Assembly (NCBI RefSeq): GCF_006345805.1
Contig: NC_043019.1
Coordinates: forward strand, 124,001 to 188,000
Reading direction: 5' to 3'
Length of the DNA: 64,000 nt
DNA from: Octopus sinensis
Taxonomy: Eukaryota
The notes below the pieces were generated by a model. The model ran no database searches and was not told the DNA's origin. It was given only the letters and a program-made list of their open reading frames with translations. Made by a program: the position numbers and the translations under genes. Of the stretch, positions 49,640-62,518 are shown one piece after another (the first letter of the stretch is position 1; each line of letters begins with the position of its first letter).

Positions 49640-51700
49640 AGGATACAACCAAAAGATTACCTTTATTGATAAGGAGAGCTTACATATTCCTAATAAAGGA
49701 GGTAACAGTAACCACGTAAACAACAATATAGATCACGCCCGAAATAAAAGTAGAAATAGATTTACGGTGACAACAAATCTAACGTACAAGCCTAATCATA
49801 AGAATAAAAATATAGACCAGGGCATAGGTAACTCGGATAAAACCAATTTAGATAAATTAAAAAAGCATACAAATAATAGTAATAAATATAATGGCTCTGG
49901 TGAGATTAGTAATAATTCAACTAACCCCAATTCTAATTTAAGGAAATTTAATAAGAAAGATATAATCTGGCTGAATATTCCTTTCAACTGTGCGATTTTA
50001 TCGGATATACAAGGCAGATTCAAAGTAATTCTAGAAAAAAATTTCCCAGCCTCTCATAAATATCATAGAATAATTTCTAAAAAAGCGGTTAGGATTTCTT
50101 ATTCAACCCTCCCAAATATGTCCACTATAATAGCTAAGACTAATAATAATAACATTAAGCTAGCCAGGAATAATAAGACTAATACCAACATGAATACCAA
50201 TAACAATTGTAATAATATTATCAAAAATAAAAATAATAACCACAATAATAGTAACTATCAAAACAAAGGTAGCATCAATAACCAATTAGTAGCATCAACT
50301 AATAATAATATTAATATTAATAGGAGCAATAATGTTAATAATATGAGCAATGCTAATAGAGAAAATATCGGGAATGAAGACAACATTGATATCTATAACA
50401 ACAATATACATTCGGATATAAATGCAGCAATAATAATAGCAATACCAATAATGCAAGTAATTATGATAGGGCTATAGAACTGAATGATAGTGTAAACGGA
50501 TCGATAAATGATAACACTGCTATAGATAACAATATTAACTATAATAACGATAAATATACTCATATTAATCAGAATAGCAAAAATATGGGATATCTATCCT
50601 TAACAAATTCTACATCTGAAGATGATTCCTCCTAGGTGTAATTGTAGAATTAGTTCAAAATGCCCAGCACCTGGTCTGTGTGGGGTAAATAACGTAATCT
50701 ATAAATGTACCATAACTACTGAGAATAGCAATTTTTTTTATTTAGGTTGTACTATAAAATTTTAAAAAGAGTTAGCAACCATATCTCCTCTTTTAAGTTA
50801 CGTCATAAAGCTGGTTCCACCACACTTCCAGGTAAGATCTGGGAACTCAAAAATAATAATATTAAATATAACCTTAATTGGGAAATAGTTAGAAGAGCGA
50901 AGCCTTATAGAAATAACAGGGTTGTTTGCCAACTCTGCTCCATGGAGACATATGAAATTCTAAGGCATAGAAAAAAAAAAGAATTTGTTAAATAACCGTA
51001 TAGAATTGGGTCCCGTCTTGTATTCACGCAAAAATTAAGACTCTAAAATATTTTAAATAAAAATCGTATAGAATAATCGTATGGAGCTAGGTCTATCTTG
51101 CTTTTACTAAAAAGCAAAACTCTAATATATTTTTAAATAGATATCTGCAAGCTCTTACACTGTGGTTCTTTCTTTCTAACTGTACCTGGTTTAGAACACA
51201 AAGAAATAAATAGTATTTGTACGTTGCCAAAAATTTTAATTGACTATATAGTTAATTTAATTTAATCTAATTTTAATCTAATTTAATTAACCCAACTTAA
51301 ATCAAATAAGTTGCTAATACTTCATAATTCTATTATAAGTTTAAATAAGTAATGCTACTCCCTTAATAATAATATAAGGAATTTTCACTATGATTTTCAC
51401 TATTTTTTTGAATAAACACTACTCTCACACCTTTTATTATAGAAATTAATTGACCTCTAGGTATAGACCTAAAGTCTGTCTTACAATGTATAAACATTTG
51501 TATAAATAGTAACAATAATAAATAAATTAATTAAATGACCTCCTTTCTAGTATTGCACTTAAACCTCTTAATGTTTTTTCCTCTACTGATAGCCTTTGAC
51601 CCCTTTGATACTTTCTCTTGTTCTCTTTATATTCTTATATCTGCTTTCTGCATTAATGTTCAAATAAATTAAGTTGCCGTCCGTGTTTCTTCAGTAAGGG
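49640..51700 (+). mobile_element. Decayed Penelope-like element (post-RT domain, Asn-rich insert, GIY-YIG)
   Basis: IIWLNIPFN...ILEKNFP...RISYSTLPNM; CNCR..KCP..GLC...NVIYKC; WEIVRRAKPY...CQLC. Confidence 0.75.
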
Positions 51701-51734
51701 CGCTAAGATTAATGCATATTTATGCAGCACGGAG

Positions 51735-52083
51735 ATATCGCTCATATAAAATGTGTGTGTGTGTCTCTTCGGATCTCAGGCATCCTCCATCCGATTGCGC
51801 TCAAATTTGATATGTAGATACCGACGGTATCAAGGCGTGTATAAATCTTGAAAAATTACAAACAAATTTGCCAAACTCAATTTAGTTACCTCCCTTTACA
51901 GTCTGAGGCGACGCATCATGCATGGATATACTCCTTGAAGAATTTACTCTACAGTCAAACTTATTGTTTTCATTTATTATGAATGGACGAACATTATCAC
52001 TCAGACATCCACCTCTTCTTTCTTTCTCATCTTTCACTCTTCCTTTCTTACCTCCTTTTTTTCTTTCTTTCTTCATTCTTATT

Positions 52084-52141
<58 letters not shown>

Positions 52142-52330
52142 TCTCTTATATAAAATCCGTTTTGTCTGTGTGTGTGCGTGTGGCTTCTAGGATCTCGGAA
52201 ACCCTCCATTCGATTGCACTCAAGTTTGATATGTACATACCGACGGTATCAGGGCGTGTATAGATCTTGAAAAATTACAAAAATCGATTCCAGGAGAGAA
52301 TGCGATCGATAAAGCCGTGGGAAATCGATT
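51735..52330 (+). mobile_element. Two Helitron-like 5' fragments
   Basis: Repeated tatataaaat..tgtgtgtg...cgattgc.ctcaa.tttgatatgta.ataccgacggtatca at ~51740 and ~52145. Confidence 0.5.
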
Positions 52331-52842
52331 TTTTTTTAGTGGGGAATAGAAAAATGTCTATCTTTATTTCTTCTTTTGCTGGTGTCTCAAATATCGGTTA
52401 AATCAGTGTTTCTCAAAGAGGAGGACTATGGGACGGTCGGACAAGTTGTTTTGAGAAAATTTGGTGTAAATGTTTGACAACTCAGCACCATCCATTGGAC
52501 GGGGGGCGTTTTGCTCGTATATATATATATATATTTATATATATACAACAATAATATTAAAGAATGGCTTTAATAGGTCATTCAACTCACTAAAACGAGC
52601 AGCCAAACTCAAACCGCTAAATAGTAGTAATTCAGAAATCAAAGGTAAAATTAAAAACATTTACCCTTATCATCTTTGGACTATGCATAGTTTCGACGTA
52701 CTTTTTGGCAAACCAGCCCAATTAAATTAAATGCGGTATGGCTTGGAAATACAGGCATTCTCTTCAAATTTAAGCTGGTTTATATACACATACATACATA
52801 CATACATACATACATACATACATACATACATACATACATACA

Positions 52843-53636
52843 TACATGGTGGCTGCCCCCTCGTTATCGAGTATGGCCATTGCTCGAAAATTAATCAATG
52901 TTGTTATCGTGCAATGCCTGTGCAAGACGATTTTTTTAAGTGGGGAAAGGCTGTGCACTGAGTCAATCCCATTCACTAAGCAACAGCAGCCGTAATCTGA
53001 AAAGAAGAACAAATCAACATCATCGGTAACCACTGAGCCGCAGGTTTTATGTCGGAGTTATCCCAGTTACCTGAATTACCTTCTCCTAGAAGGACGCCCT
53101 AACAAAGGCTAGGAGTCCTTCACTCCCAATGGTTTAACCGCGCGATCAGGTATTCAGCCCGATTATTTCAATGTCCCCGCACATGATCCCGCCTTAAGAC
53201 ATTTACTGGATGGCCGTTGACTCTCAAGAGTTCCTCCTCCCTTTGACAGGTTTTGTTTTTCATCCCGCAGGGTGTCCAATAAACACCCTCCTCATCAAGC
53301 AAGCTTGGTGGGGTTGCCGGTTTAGTCGCCGATGACCCGACCATGCAACAGGTTGTACATACATACATACGCACCACCAGTTTTCTGATTCAGTAGTTTC
53401 GTCTGACATTTTAAATCAGGACAAACATTCTTAAAATGTTCGAAGCAAACAGAAAACAAAGAATCAGGTTCGAATTTCATTGTTTCATAACCAAATAGGA
53501 TAGCAGATTGCTTAAGGCGATACTATAACGAATGACCTCACTATGACAACGTAACTGATATGTCAGGTTTTGTAGTACAGTTGACATAATGGATTTAACC
53601 CAGTTTTTTTTCCCTTACTCCCTCCTTAAATATATA
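52843..53636 (-). mobile_element. Second copy of the RTE-like non-autonomous element
   Basis: Reverse complement of 752-1540. Confidence 0.6.
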
Positions 53637-53644
53637 TTTATTAT

Positions 53645-54050
53645 TCTTTCTCTTTTACTCTTTTCTTGTTTCAGTCATTTGACTGTGGCCATGCTGGAGC
53701 ACCGCCTTTAATCGAGCAAATCAATCCCAGGACTTATTCTTTGTAAACCTAGTACTTATTCTATCGGTCTCTTTTGCAGAATCGTTAAGTTACGGGGACA
53801 TAAACACACCAAAATCGGTTGTCAAGTGATGTTGGGGGAACAAACACAGACACACAAGTATAAACACACACACACTCACACACATATATATATATATACA
53901 TACAACGGACTTCTTTCTGTTTCCTTCTACCAAATCCACTCACAAGGCTCTGGTCGGCCCGAGGCTAGCGCAGAAGACTCGCCCAAAGTGCCACGCAGTG
54001 GGACTGAACCCAGAACCATGTGGTTGGTAAGCAAGCTAATTACCACACAT
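53645..54050 (-). mobile_element. Composite SINE
   Basis: Same family; shares ggttctggg and accagagcc variants with 302-735. Confidence 0.75.
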
Positions 54051-54064
54051 CACGGCAAAATTTA

Positions 54065-54420
54065 ACAATGCTTCATGTGGATCAATCGTATTTCTTGAGC
54101 CTTACCTGAGCTACGATGAGTGTTTGGCTCCATCACGTTGAGCCTCAGACAAAGAGATAATCCATTCAGTGGAAACGACTTCTCTCCTCTCTCATGGCCT
54201 TATAAACCTCCGCGAGCTCATGACGACTGATCATCTACTAGGAGTAAGACCTGAGATCACCCCTCAGCACTCGATAGATCAATGTCTGGTTTATTTTTAA
54301 CGTGGCGGGCAGTTTTCCTATGGAGGAACGAGGATTTCGCCGTATCTTCTCTCTACTACTTTCGATACGCTGAGTGGCCCGCACACTGCATTTTCAACCA
54401 AATCCAGAGCGATCAGCCGT
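54065..54420 (-). mobile_element. Decayed Tc1/mariner-type transposase N-terminal fragment
   Basis: - frame REKIRRNPRSSIGKLPATLKINQTLIYRVLRGDL with stops. Confidence 0.5.
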
Positions 54421-54434
54421 GAAACCTGCATACT

Positions 54435-54684
54435 CTTACTCTTTACTCTTTTATTTGTTTCAGTCATTTGATTGCGGCCATGCTGGAGCACCGCCATTAG
54501 TCGAGAAAATCGACCCCAGGACTTATTCTTTGTAAGCCCAGTACTTATTCTATCGTACATATTTGCCGAACCGCTACGTTACGGGGACGTAAACACACCA
54601 GCATCGGTTGTCTAGCAATGCTAGGGAGACAAACACAGACACACAAACATAAACAGACAAACACACACACACTTTATATATATA

Positions 54685-54775
<91 letters not shown>

Positions 54776-54950
54776 CATACATATATACGACGGACTTCTT
54801 TCAGTTTCAGTCTACCAAATCCACTCACAATGCTTTCGTCGGCCAGAGGCTACAGTAAAGCACACTTGCCCAAGATGCTACGCAGTGGGACTGAACCCGG
54901 AACCATGTGGTTCGTAAGCCAAGCTACTTACCACACAGCCACTCCTGCGC
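54435..54950 (-). mobile_element. Composite SINE
   Basis: Same family. Confidence 0.8.
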
Positions 54951-55215
54951 ATCTTGAAATTTCCAGACAATTTTTCCGAAATATTATTCTGTTAATTTGA
55001 AGCTTTTTTTTTTGCAGTAGCTGTATTTCCCTCGCCTTCTTTTATGAGCGTTATGAGTGCATTTTGGTCAAAAGCCATTATCGAATAAAGAAATCTGAAA
55101 ATATTTCATCTTAAACGAAAACAAGACACACTTAGCGTTAATAAAAGATAGTTTTCGTAACTTCTCCATTGATTGTTATTAAAGCTTCAAAATTGATTGT
55201 CTTAATCTCAGTACA

Positions 55216-55274
<59 letters not shown>

Positions 55275-55305
55275 ACATACATATATATATATATATAATA
55301 TATAT

Positions 55306-55396
<91 letters not shown>

Positions 55397-55398
<2 letters not shown>

Positions 55399-55454
55399 AA
55401 ACTTAGATAAAATTTAGATATGTTTCGACCAAAGATTGGTCCAGGCCATGTCTA

Positions 55455-55507
<53 letters not shown>

Positions 55508-55661
55508 TATATATATGTCTGTGTGTGTGTGTATAAAATATGAATTAGAGATAAAACAACTATTATGCAACTCAAACAGTGATAGCCATAAACCAATAGA
55601 TAAATAACAAATAATATATATATAATTTATATTTTTATATGTTTATTATTTATTTTTATTT

Positions 55662-55701
<40 letters not shown>

Positions 55702-55781
55702 GTATATATATATATGTATATATATATATGTATATATATATATGTATATATATACATAGATAGATGTATGTGTATATATGC

Positions 55782-55837
<56 letters not shown>

Positions 55838-55932
55838 GTATATATTTATGTGTATGTATATATATAGAGAGAGAGGTGTATATATATATATATATGTATA
55901 TTTATATATATATACATGTATATATATATACG

Positions 55933-56005
<73 letters not shown>

Positions 56006-56038
56006 GTATACATACATACACACGTACATGCGAGCATA

Positions 56039-56070
<32 letters not shown>

Positions 56071-56312
56071 GTAAAACTTAGATAAAACTTAGATATGTTT
56101 CGACCAAAGATTGGTCCAGGCCATGTCTAATACACACACACACACATACATATATATATATGTCTGTGTGTGTGTGTGTATAAAATATGAATTAGAGATA
56201 AAACAACTATTATGCAACTCAAACAGTGATAGACATAAACCAATAGATAAATAACAAATAATATATATATAATTTTATATTTTTTATATGTTTATTATTT
56301 ATTTTTATTTTG
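55397..56312. repeat. Unit A - compound microsatellite cassette - unit A
   Basis: gtaaaacttagata...ttttattttg at 55397-55665 and 56071-56312. Confidence 0.85.
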
Positions 56313-56332
56313 TATATATATATATATATATA

Positions 56333-56615
56333 ATGACTCCCCTTCACAAATACTGAGAGGACACAGATAGTGTGTCTATAGCCAGCTGGAGGAGATATCT
56401 TCCTGGGGCTACAAACTACAGTAGCATCCACCCTTATGGGTAAGCCATATTTAAATGGCAAATATGCGTCACGATGTGTTACCGCTACTGTTTATAACTC
56501 GCTCTGAGATTTATCATTGTTTGATTTCACTTTTTCAATATCAGTATCAATCGACACTGGAAAAAGTATATGTATTTGTGAAGGGACCTGACTTCTCGTC
56601 GACAACTATGATTGT
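56333..56615 (+). mobile_element. Retrozyme-like repeat, 5' flank of Tx1 (ends in the TSD at 56596-56615)
   Basis: 56333-56475 is a direct repeat of 62034-62176. Confidence 0.75.
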
Positions 56616-56842
56616 TATTCGTCTAGGGACCCCTCTTTCATCTGCGTTTTGAGAATTTTGCTGCCTTCTCGTTGAGTGAGTTCGTATTTTTTGTTCGTTG
56701 TTGTTTATGTTACTTGTGAATTGAACAGTTGTCCGTTGTGTAACAGTAATTTTCGCCCCACGGGGCAGAAAATTCTGTGTTTAAACATTGTCATTACCTT
56801 CGAGGTAATTTTTTTGAAACATTTGTTCTCATAATTTGAGAA

Positions 56843-58277
56843 ATGGATTTCGACTTGGCGTCGAAGAGTGACTTTCCCGTGATGGGAAAAGGTGAACAAA
56901 AGGATACCGAAGTAAAAAAACAGTCTTTTTCGGCCGCAGTGGGCGGAACCGTAACGGATGTAGAATTTAAGATTGAACAGTTATTCGAATACCGGAACTT
57001 GGTAAAAACGGAAGGAAATGAAATTAAACTGGTACCGCCGCAAGCGAAGGTACAGGAAATAAAGGCAAAGACAGTTATATACAAAGTTTATAGCAATAAA
57101 GAAAAAAAATAATGGATGTCAAGAACGAGATAGTAGAAAAGTGCTTGTCCCCGGTGTGGGACAAAATTCGCCACGTTGTTCGAGGTGCTCGCAGCGCTAC
57201 CGTTGAAGCACATTTCGACTCGGCTGATGTGGCAAGAGAGGTGTCATCAATGACCTTGAAAAGTGAGGATATCATGTTGCTACCCTCGTATATGGGGAAA
57301 AGAACAGCCAAACTACATGTAGAGGATATACCAAGAGGGTATGACATAACGTGGGTAGCAGCGGCAGTCCTGCACAACGTAGAGCGGGAAGTTTCAATTC
57401 TGCAGATGAGAAGGAAAGAGGAGGTGCACTGGAAAGGACAAACGCTAGAACTCCTCGTTCAAGCAGAAAATAAGATACTAGAAAACTTACCCGATAGGGT
57501 ATTTAATGAGGAGGGAACTTCAATGAGAGTGTCAGTGGAGGGGTGCAGACCTAGGTGCTTCAAATGTGGCGAAAAGGGTCATGTCCGCTCAAACTGCATA
57601 AAAAAAAGAAAATCAACGAAGCCCCTCCTCAAAGTGCTTCAAACACTGAAAAAGAAAAGGCGGAAAAAGAACCCAAGACTGCGACAAGGAAAGGAACCGA
57701 AACAGAAGATGAAAATGAACAAATGGACTTTACACAGGTGACACACAAAAGAAAAAAAGATAACACCCTGGACTCCCCTCCCCAAACAAAGAAAAAATCA
57801 GCAAACACCGCAGAGATACATAAAAAACAAATTCCCCAGCCCTACCCCCACGGCACTGTATTCATTGGAACACAGTTCGCCAAGCCCCTCCCCATAAAAC
57901 AAGATTTGAAAAAATTGATAAAAAAAAATGAAAAAATTATAGCATTTGACGAGAAGAACGATAGGGTGTACAAGTATTTCAAATTTTCAAAATTTAAACT
58001 ATTCAGTAAGTCTACAGACACAAAATCAACCACTCGCTTTGCGAAAATAAAGGAAGACGAGTGGAAGGAAAAAACACTACAAGAACATTTAAAGAATAAT
58101 CTCATCAGAGATGTAACGAATGAAATAATGGAGGGTAAACTCATTATAACCCCGGCAACCACACCTACCCAGAGCCCGATGGCAACGCCGGTTAAGAGCC
58201 CTGCAGCTACGACCACAAGGGAGGAAGAAGGGGAAGCAGGCAGATTTAAACTGTCATGCTTCTTGTCCCAACCGTAA
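56843..58277 (+). CDS. Tx1 ORF1 (CCHC zinc knuckle), two apparent 1-nt deletions in A8 runs
   Basis: CFKCGEKGHVRSNC; the frames join if one A is added at ~57102-57109 and at ~57600-57607. Confidence 0.8.
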
Positions 58278-58304
58278 GTTTGTTTATTTTTTCTCTCTCC
58301 GACA

Positions 58305-61300
58305 ATGGCAAAGCTGGGTTGTGTAAATGTGCGTGGAATGGGGTCGAAATGGAAACAAATTTGTTTCCTGAACGACCTCACGACACACGGAGTGGACGTA
58401 GCTATTGTAACCGAGTCCAAGATGAACGGGGCCCAAGCGTTCTCGCCTCTTCTAAATGGTTTCGAGAAATTTATTTCTCCTAGCCGAGGAAGAGGAAGAG
58501 GCGTGGCAGTCCTTATCAGGAAGAGCTTGGACTTGCAGGTAAGTACTGTCTTTCTGGACCCAGGAGGCAGGCTGGTCGTTCTGGATGTGACCCACGTAAG
58601 TAAACAGTCCCTCGGGTTGGTAGCTGTCTACGCTCCGAATGAGTGTAGGCAGGCGGGTTTTTTTCGGAATCTGGAGCCCTTTCTAGCGACGTCGAAAACG
58701 GTAGTCTTAGTAGGGGACTTTAACACTATCCTTGAAGCGCGGGTCGACAGTTTTGGCTCAACCAATAGGAAGGGGAACCCTAGCCTCAAGGGTCTACTAG
58801 AGAGCTTTGATCTAGTGGACCGTTATCGACTGGATGAGCCGAGCGTTCCACAGTGGACGTGGAGTAACAACGACGGCTCACACAGATCGTATATAGATAG
58901 GATATTCGTTAGGAAAAGAGATAAGGATACGTTTAGTTGTCCACAGTTTCACATTGTGCCTTACACGGATCACAAATTTGTGACTTGTAGGGTGCAATTA
59001 GATAAGTGCCATAGACAGGGACCCGGGTACTGGAAGCTGAACAAGTCTATTTTGAATTGTGAAGACTTCCGTACCCGGATTAAGGTGTTAGTACAGAGGG
59101 CATTGTGTGGCACCATCATTAACAATAGATGGTGGCACTCCCTCAAAAGAGCCATTCGTTCAGAGTCCATTAGATTTAGCAATCAGCTAAGATTAGATAG
59201 GTCTAGGATAGAGGACTATTTAGTTAAGAATCTAAACGAGGCAATGGAAGCTGGCTCTGCATCCGGAGTGATGGCGGCAAGGACGGTATTGTACCGTCAC
59301 CTTAACTCCAAACACGAAGGTTGCAGAGTTAGAGCTAAGCTACGCGCTGGGAAACGAGAAGGTATTAACGTTGCCGGATGGGCCCGTCGAGTGGAGAGTC
59401 AGAGAGGTAACAAAGCTTCAATCAAGTCTTTAACTGACGAACAGGGACAAAAGATCTACGGACAGGAGGAGATGCAAAAGTTTCTTCACCAGCATTTCGC
59501 CCGCGCGTTCGGGGGTGGTGTGGCGCCGGAGCGGGGGAGGGCCTTAAAGGACTTCCTAGCCAGCGGACCGCGGCTCTCGGGGCGTGAGGTGGAGTGCTGT
59601 GAAGAAGCGATCACTCCCGCGGAGATAGAGGGGATACTGGCCGGATGCGCCGGGGAGAAGTCGCCGGGGTTGGATGGTCTGCCCTACGAGTTTTACCAAA
59701 GTATGCCGGACTTGTTCGGGGGAATATTGGCAGGCGTCTACACGAACTGGCAGCAGAATGGGAGAATTCCCAGTTCTGTAAGCCGGGGAGTGGTGACGCT
59801 AATCCAGAAAGACCCGAGCAAGGGGGATAACATTAGTAATTACAGGCCCATAACTCTACTTAATGTAGAGTTAAAGATTTTGGCCAAGGTGTTGGCAAAA
59901 AGGTTGACGATTGTCGTGGAGAAACTTGTAGGGAAAGCACAGACATGTGCAATTCCAGGCAGGTCGATCCAGGATAATCTTCACCTTATACACTACACCT
60001 TAGATAGAGTGGGTAAATTAACCGGCAAGGGCGGGGTAATGGTCCATTTAGACCAAAGTAAAGCGTTCGATAGGGTAGACCATAAGTACCTGGTGACGGT
60101 CCTCGAAGCGGCTGGACTGGGCCCTGAATTTCGCGGGTGGATCTCCGCTATGTATAGCGGCATCAAGTCCACCGTCCAGATAAACGGTTACCTAACAGAA
60201 CCGTTTTCGATCGAATGTTCAGTTCGTCAAGGGTGCCCCTTGTCACCACTTTTGTACGTGTTGGCTCTCGAGCCATTGCTGCGAAATTTGGAGAGGCTGG
60301 GAAGTAACCCGGATGAGATCGGAGGTGGGAGGACGGTTACTGCTTATGCGGATGACGTCACCCTCATCGTGTCCAATGAGGCCCAGCTACCTTGTGTAGA
60401 AGATGCTATCAGAGGATACGAGGCGGTGGCAGGAGCAAGGGTTAACAAGGACAAGTCGGTTGGCTTGCGCCTCGGCACCTGGAGGAGCAAGTCGATATCG
60501 TCCAGTGTCGTGGGACACTGGACGGATGGTCCTGTTAAGTTGCTAGGAGTTTGGTTTGGGTCAGACTCCCAAACGGAGAGGAATTGGAGTGAGGTGACGG
60601 GCAAGGTGGAGGCCATAGTACGGACCTGGTCCGGAAGGTTTCTGTCCTTGAAAGGAAGGGCGGAGGTGGTACAGATGTTCATTGCATCTGTAATCACCTA
60701 CCGCCTGACCGTTGTCCCTTGCCCCGATTCATGGCTTAGCAAGTTGGAGCGAATCCTTTTCCGCTTTTTGTGGAAGGGAGGAAAGCCACTTGTGAGGCGC
60801 TCCGTTTGCTGCCAGGAACCGTTAAAGGGTGGGTTAGGAATGCCTTGGTTGATGATGCGCAGACATACGTTGAGGCTGAAGCATCTCTGGCACCACTGGA
60901 GGGTGATAAGGTGTGGAGTCCGCTGGCAGGGGAATTTTTCCCGAGACCGGCTTCCTTAGTGAATTTTAAACCCGGTTGCATCAAAAGACGGAATCTGACT
61001 TTATGGCAAAAGGAGTGCCGACAGGCACTCACGCTGATCCACAAGGCGGGCAAGGCCGGCTGCGGAAATACCACCTCGGTATTTTATAGCAGGCTGGTAG
61101 AGGCAAAGAACGACGACGTCCTAGGAGGGGCTCTGGGGTTTGACGAAGACCAGCTTACCAACCTGTTTAAAAAGACTTTCAGGACGGGGTATTTGGATAA
61201 TTTCCAAAGATCCCTGGCCTGGCAGTGTTATAGGAATGCTTTACCTGTTCGCGAGAAGTTATCGCGGCACGGAATTTCAGTGCCACCGACGTGTCCAAGA

Positions 61301-61690
61301 TGCGGGTTGGACGATGAAACCGTCCAGCACGCTTTTGTACACTGTCGGAAGTTGTCAGACTGGATAAGTTACGCAGAACACGTGTTATCGCATCTGGGAC
61401 GAGTACAGTTGTCGGCTGAGTCTATGATTAAGATGATACCGCCAACTGGACTCTCGAAGGCAGATGAGGCATGTTTTCACTGCACGGTTGCAGTAGTAAA
61501 AGAATGCATGTGGCGTACAAGAATGGAAGGAGTCGCAATAGGATCCTTTGTCTCAGGCCCCGGCTTGCTCACTTACTTCAGATATCATCTGAAGAGCAAA
61601 ATGGGGCTGGAAAAGATCTTAACACGAGGTGTGTATGAAAAAAGATGGAAGGAAGTGGCAAAAAAGGTGGGTGTCAGAAACCCAGCTTAA
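58305..61690 (+). CDS. Tx1 ORF2: APE endonuclease, RT and C-terminal zinc finger; one frameshift near 60890
   Basis: NVRG, VTES, VYAPN, VGDFN, YIDRIF, TDHK; PGLDG, YRPITLLN, LDQSKAFDRV, VRQGCPLSPLLY, AYADD; CPRCG...ETVQHAFVHC. Confidence 0.92.
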
Positions 61691-61964
61691 CTATGGATGG
61701 AGGAGAGGAAAGAAAAGCTGCGGGGCCTTATAGGTTGCCGGGGTTTAAAAATCGGTAAGATCGCAATTTAATGTAATGTTGTAATGTTCTATTGGTCATG
61801 CAAAGGACAATTTAAATACAAATTTTGTATAATGAATAATCCAAATGTTATGGAAAATTTTTAATCGAACCACTTAACTGTTTTTTGTATGTATGTCCTG
61901 TATTGTCCTTCTATGTAATGATTTTATAATCGTAGTAAAGAAATTCGTCGACAACCATGATTGT

Positions 61965-62009
61965 CACACGCTGATGAAAGGTAAACACCTTGAAACTCGG
62001 GTACGTGTG
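61965..62009 (+). ncRNA. Minimal type I hammerhead directly after the 3' TSD
   Basis: cacacg-CTGATGA-aaggt aaac acctt-GAAA-ctcggg-TA-cgtgtg; canonical core; predicted cleavage after 62003. Confidence 0.85.
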
Positions 62010-62289
62010 TATCATGTGTTGAAGACGGGGGGGATGACTCCCCTTCACAAATACTGAAAGGACACAGATAGTGTGTCTATAGCCAGCTGGAGGAGATATC
62101 TTCCTGGGGCTACAAACTACAGTAGCATCCAACCTTATGGGTAAGCCATATTCAAATGACAAATATGCGTCACGATATATATATATATATTTATATATAT
62201 ACATAGATAGATGTATGTGTATATATGCATATATATATATGTATATATTTATGTGTATGTATGTATATATATATAGAGAGAGAGAGATG

Positions 62290-62429
<140 letters not shown>

Positions 62430-62457
62430 CATACATACACACGTACTTGCGAGCATA

Positions 62458-62515
<58 letters not shown>

Positions 62516-62518
<3 letters not shown>

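Larger units (their letters stand above)
56616..61944 (+). mobile_element. Full-length Tx1-clade (L1 group) LINE, ~5.33 kb
   Basis: 5'UTR, CCHC ORF1, APE-RT-zinc-finger ORF2, 3'UTR; 20-bp TSD with one mismatch. Confidence 0.9.
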
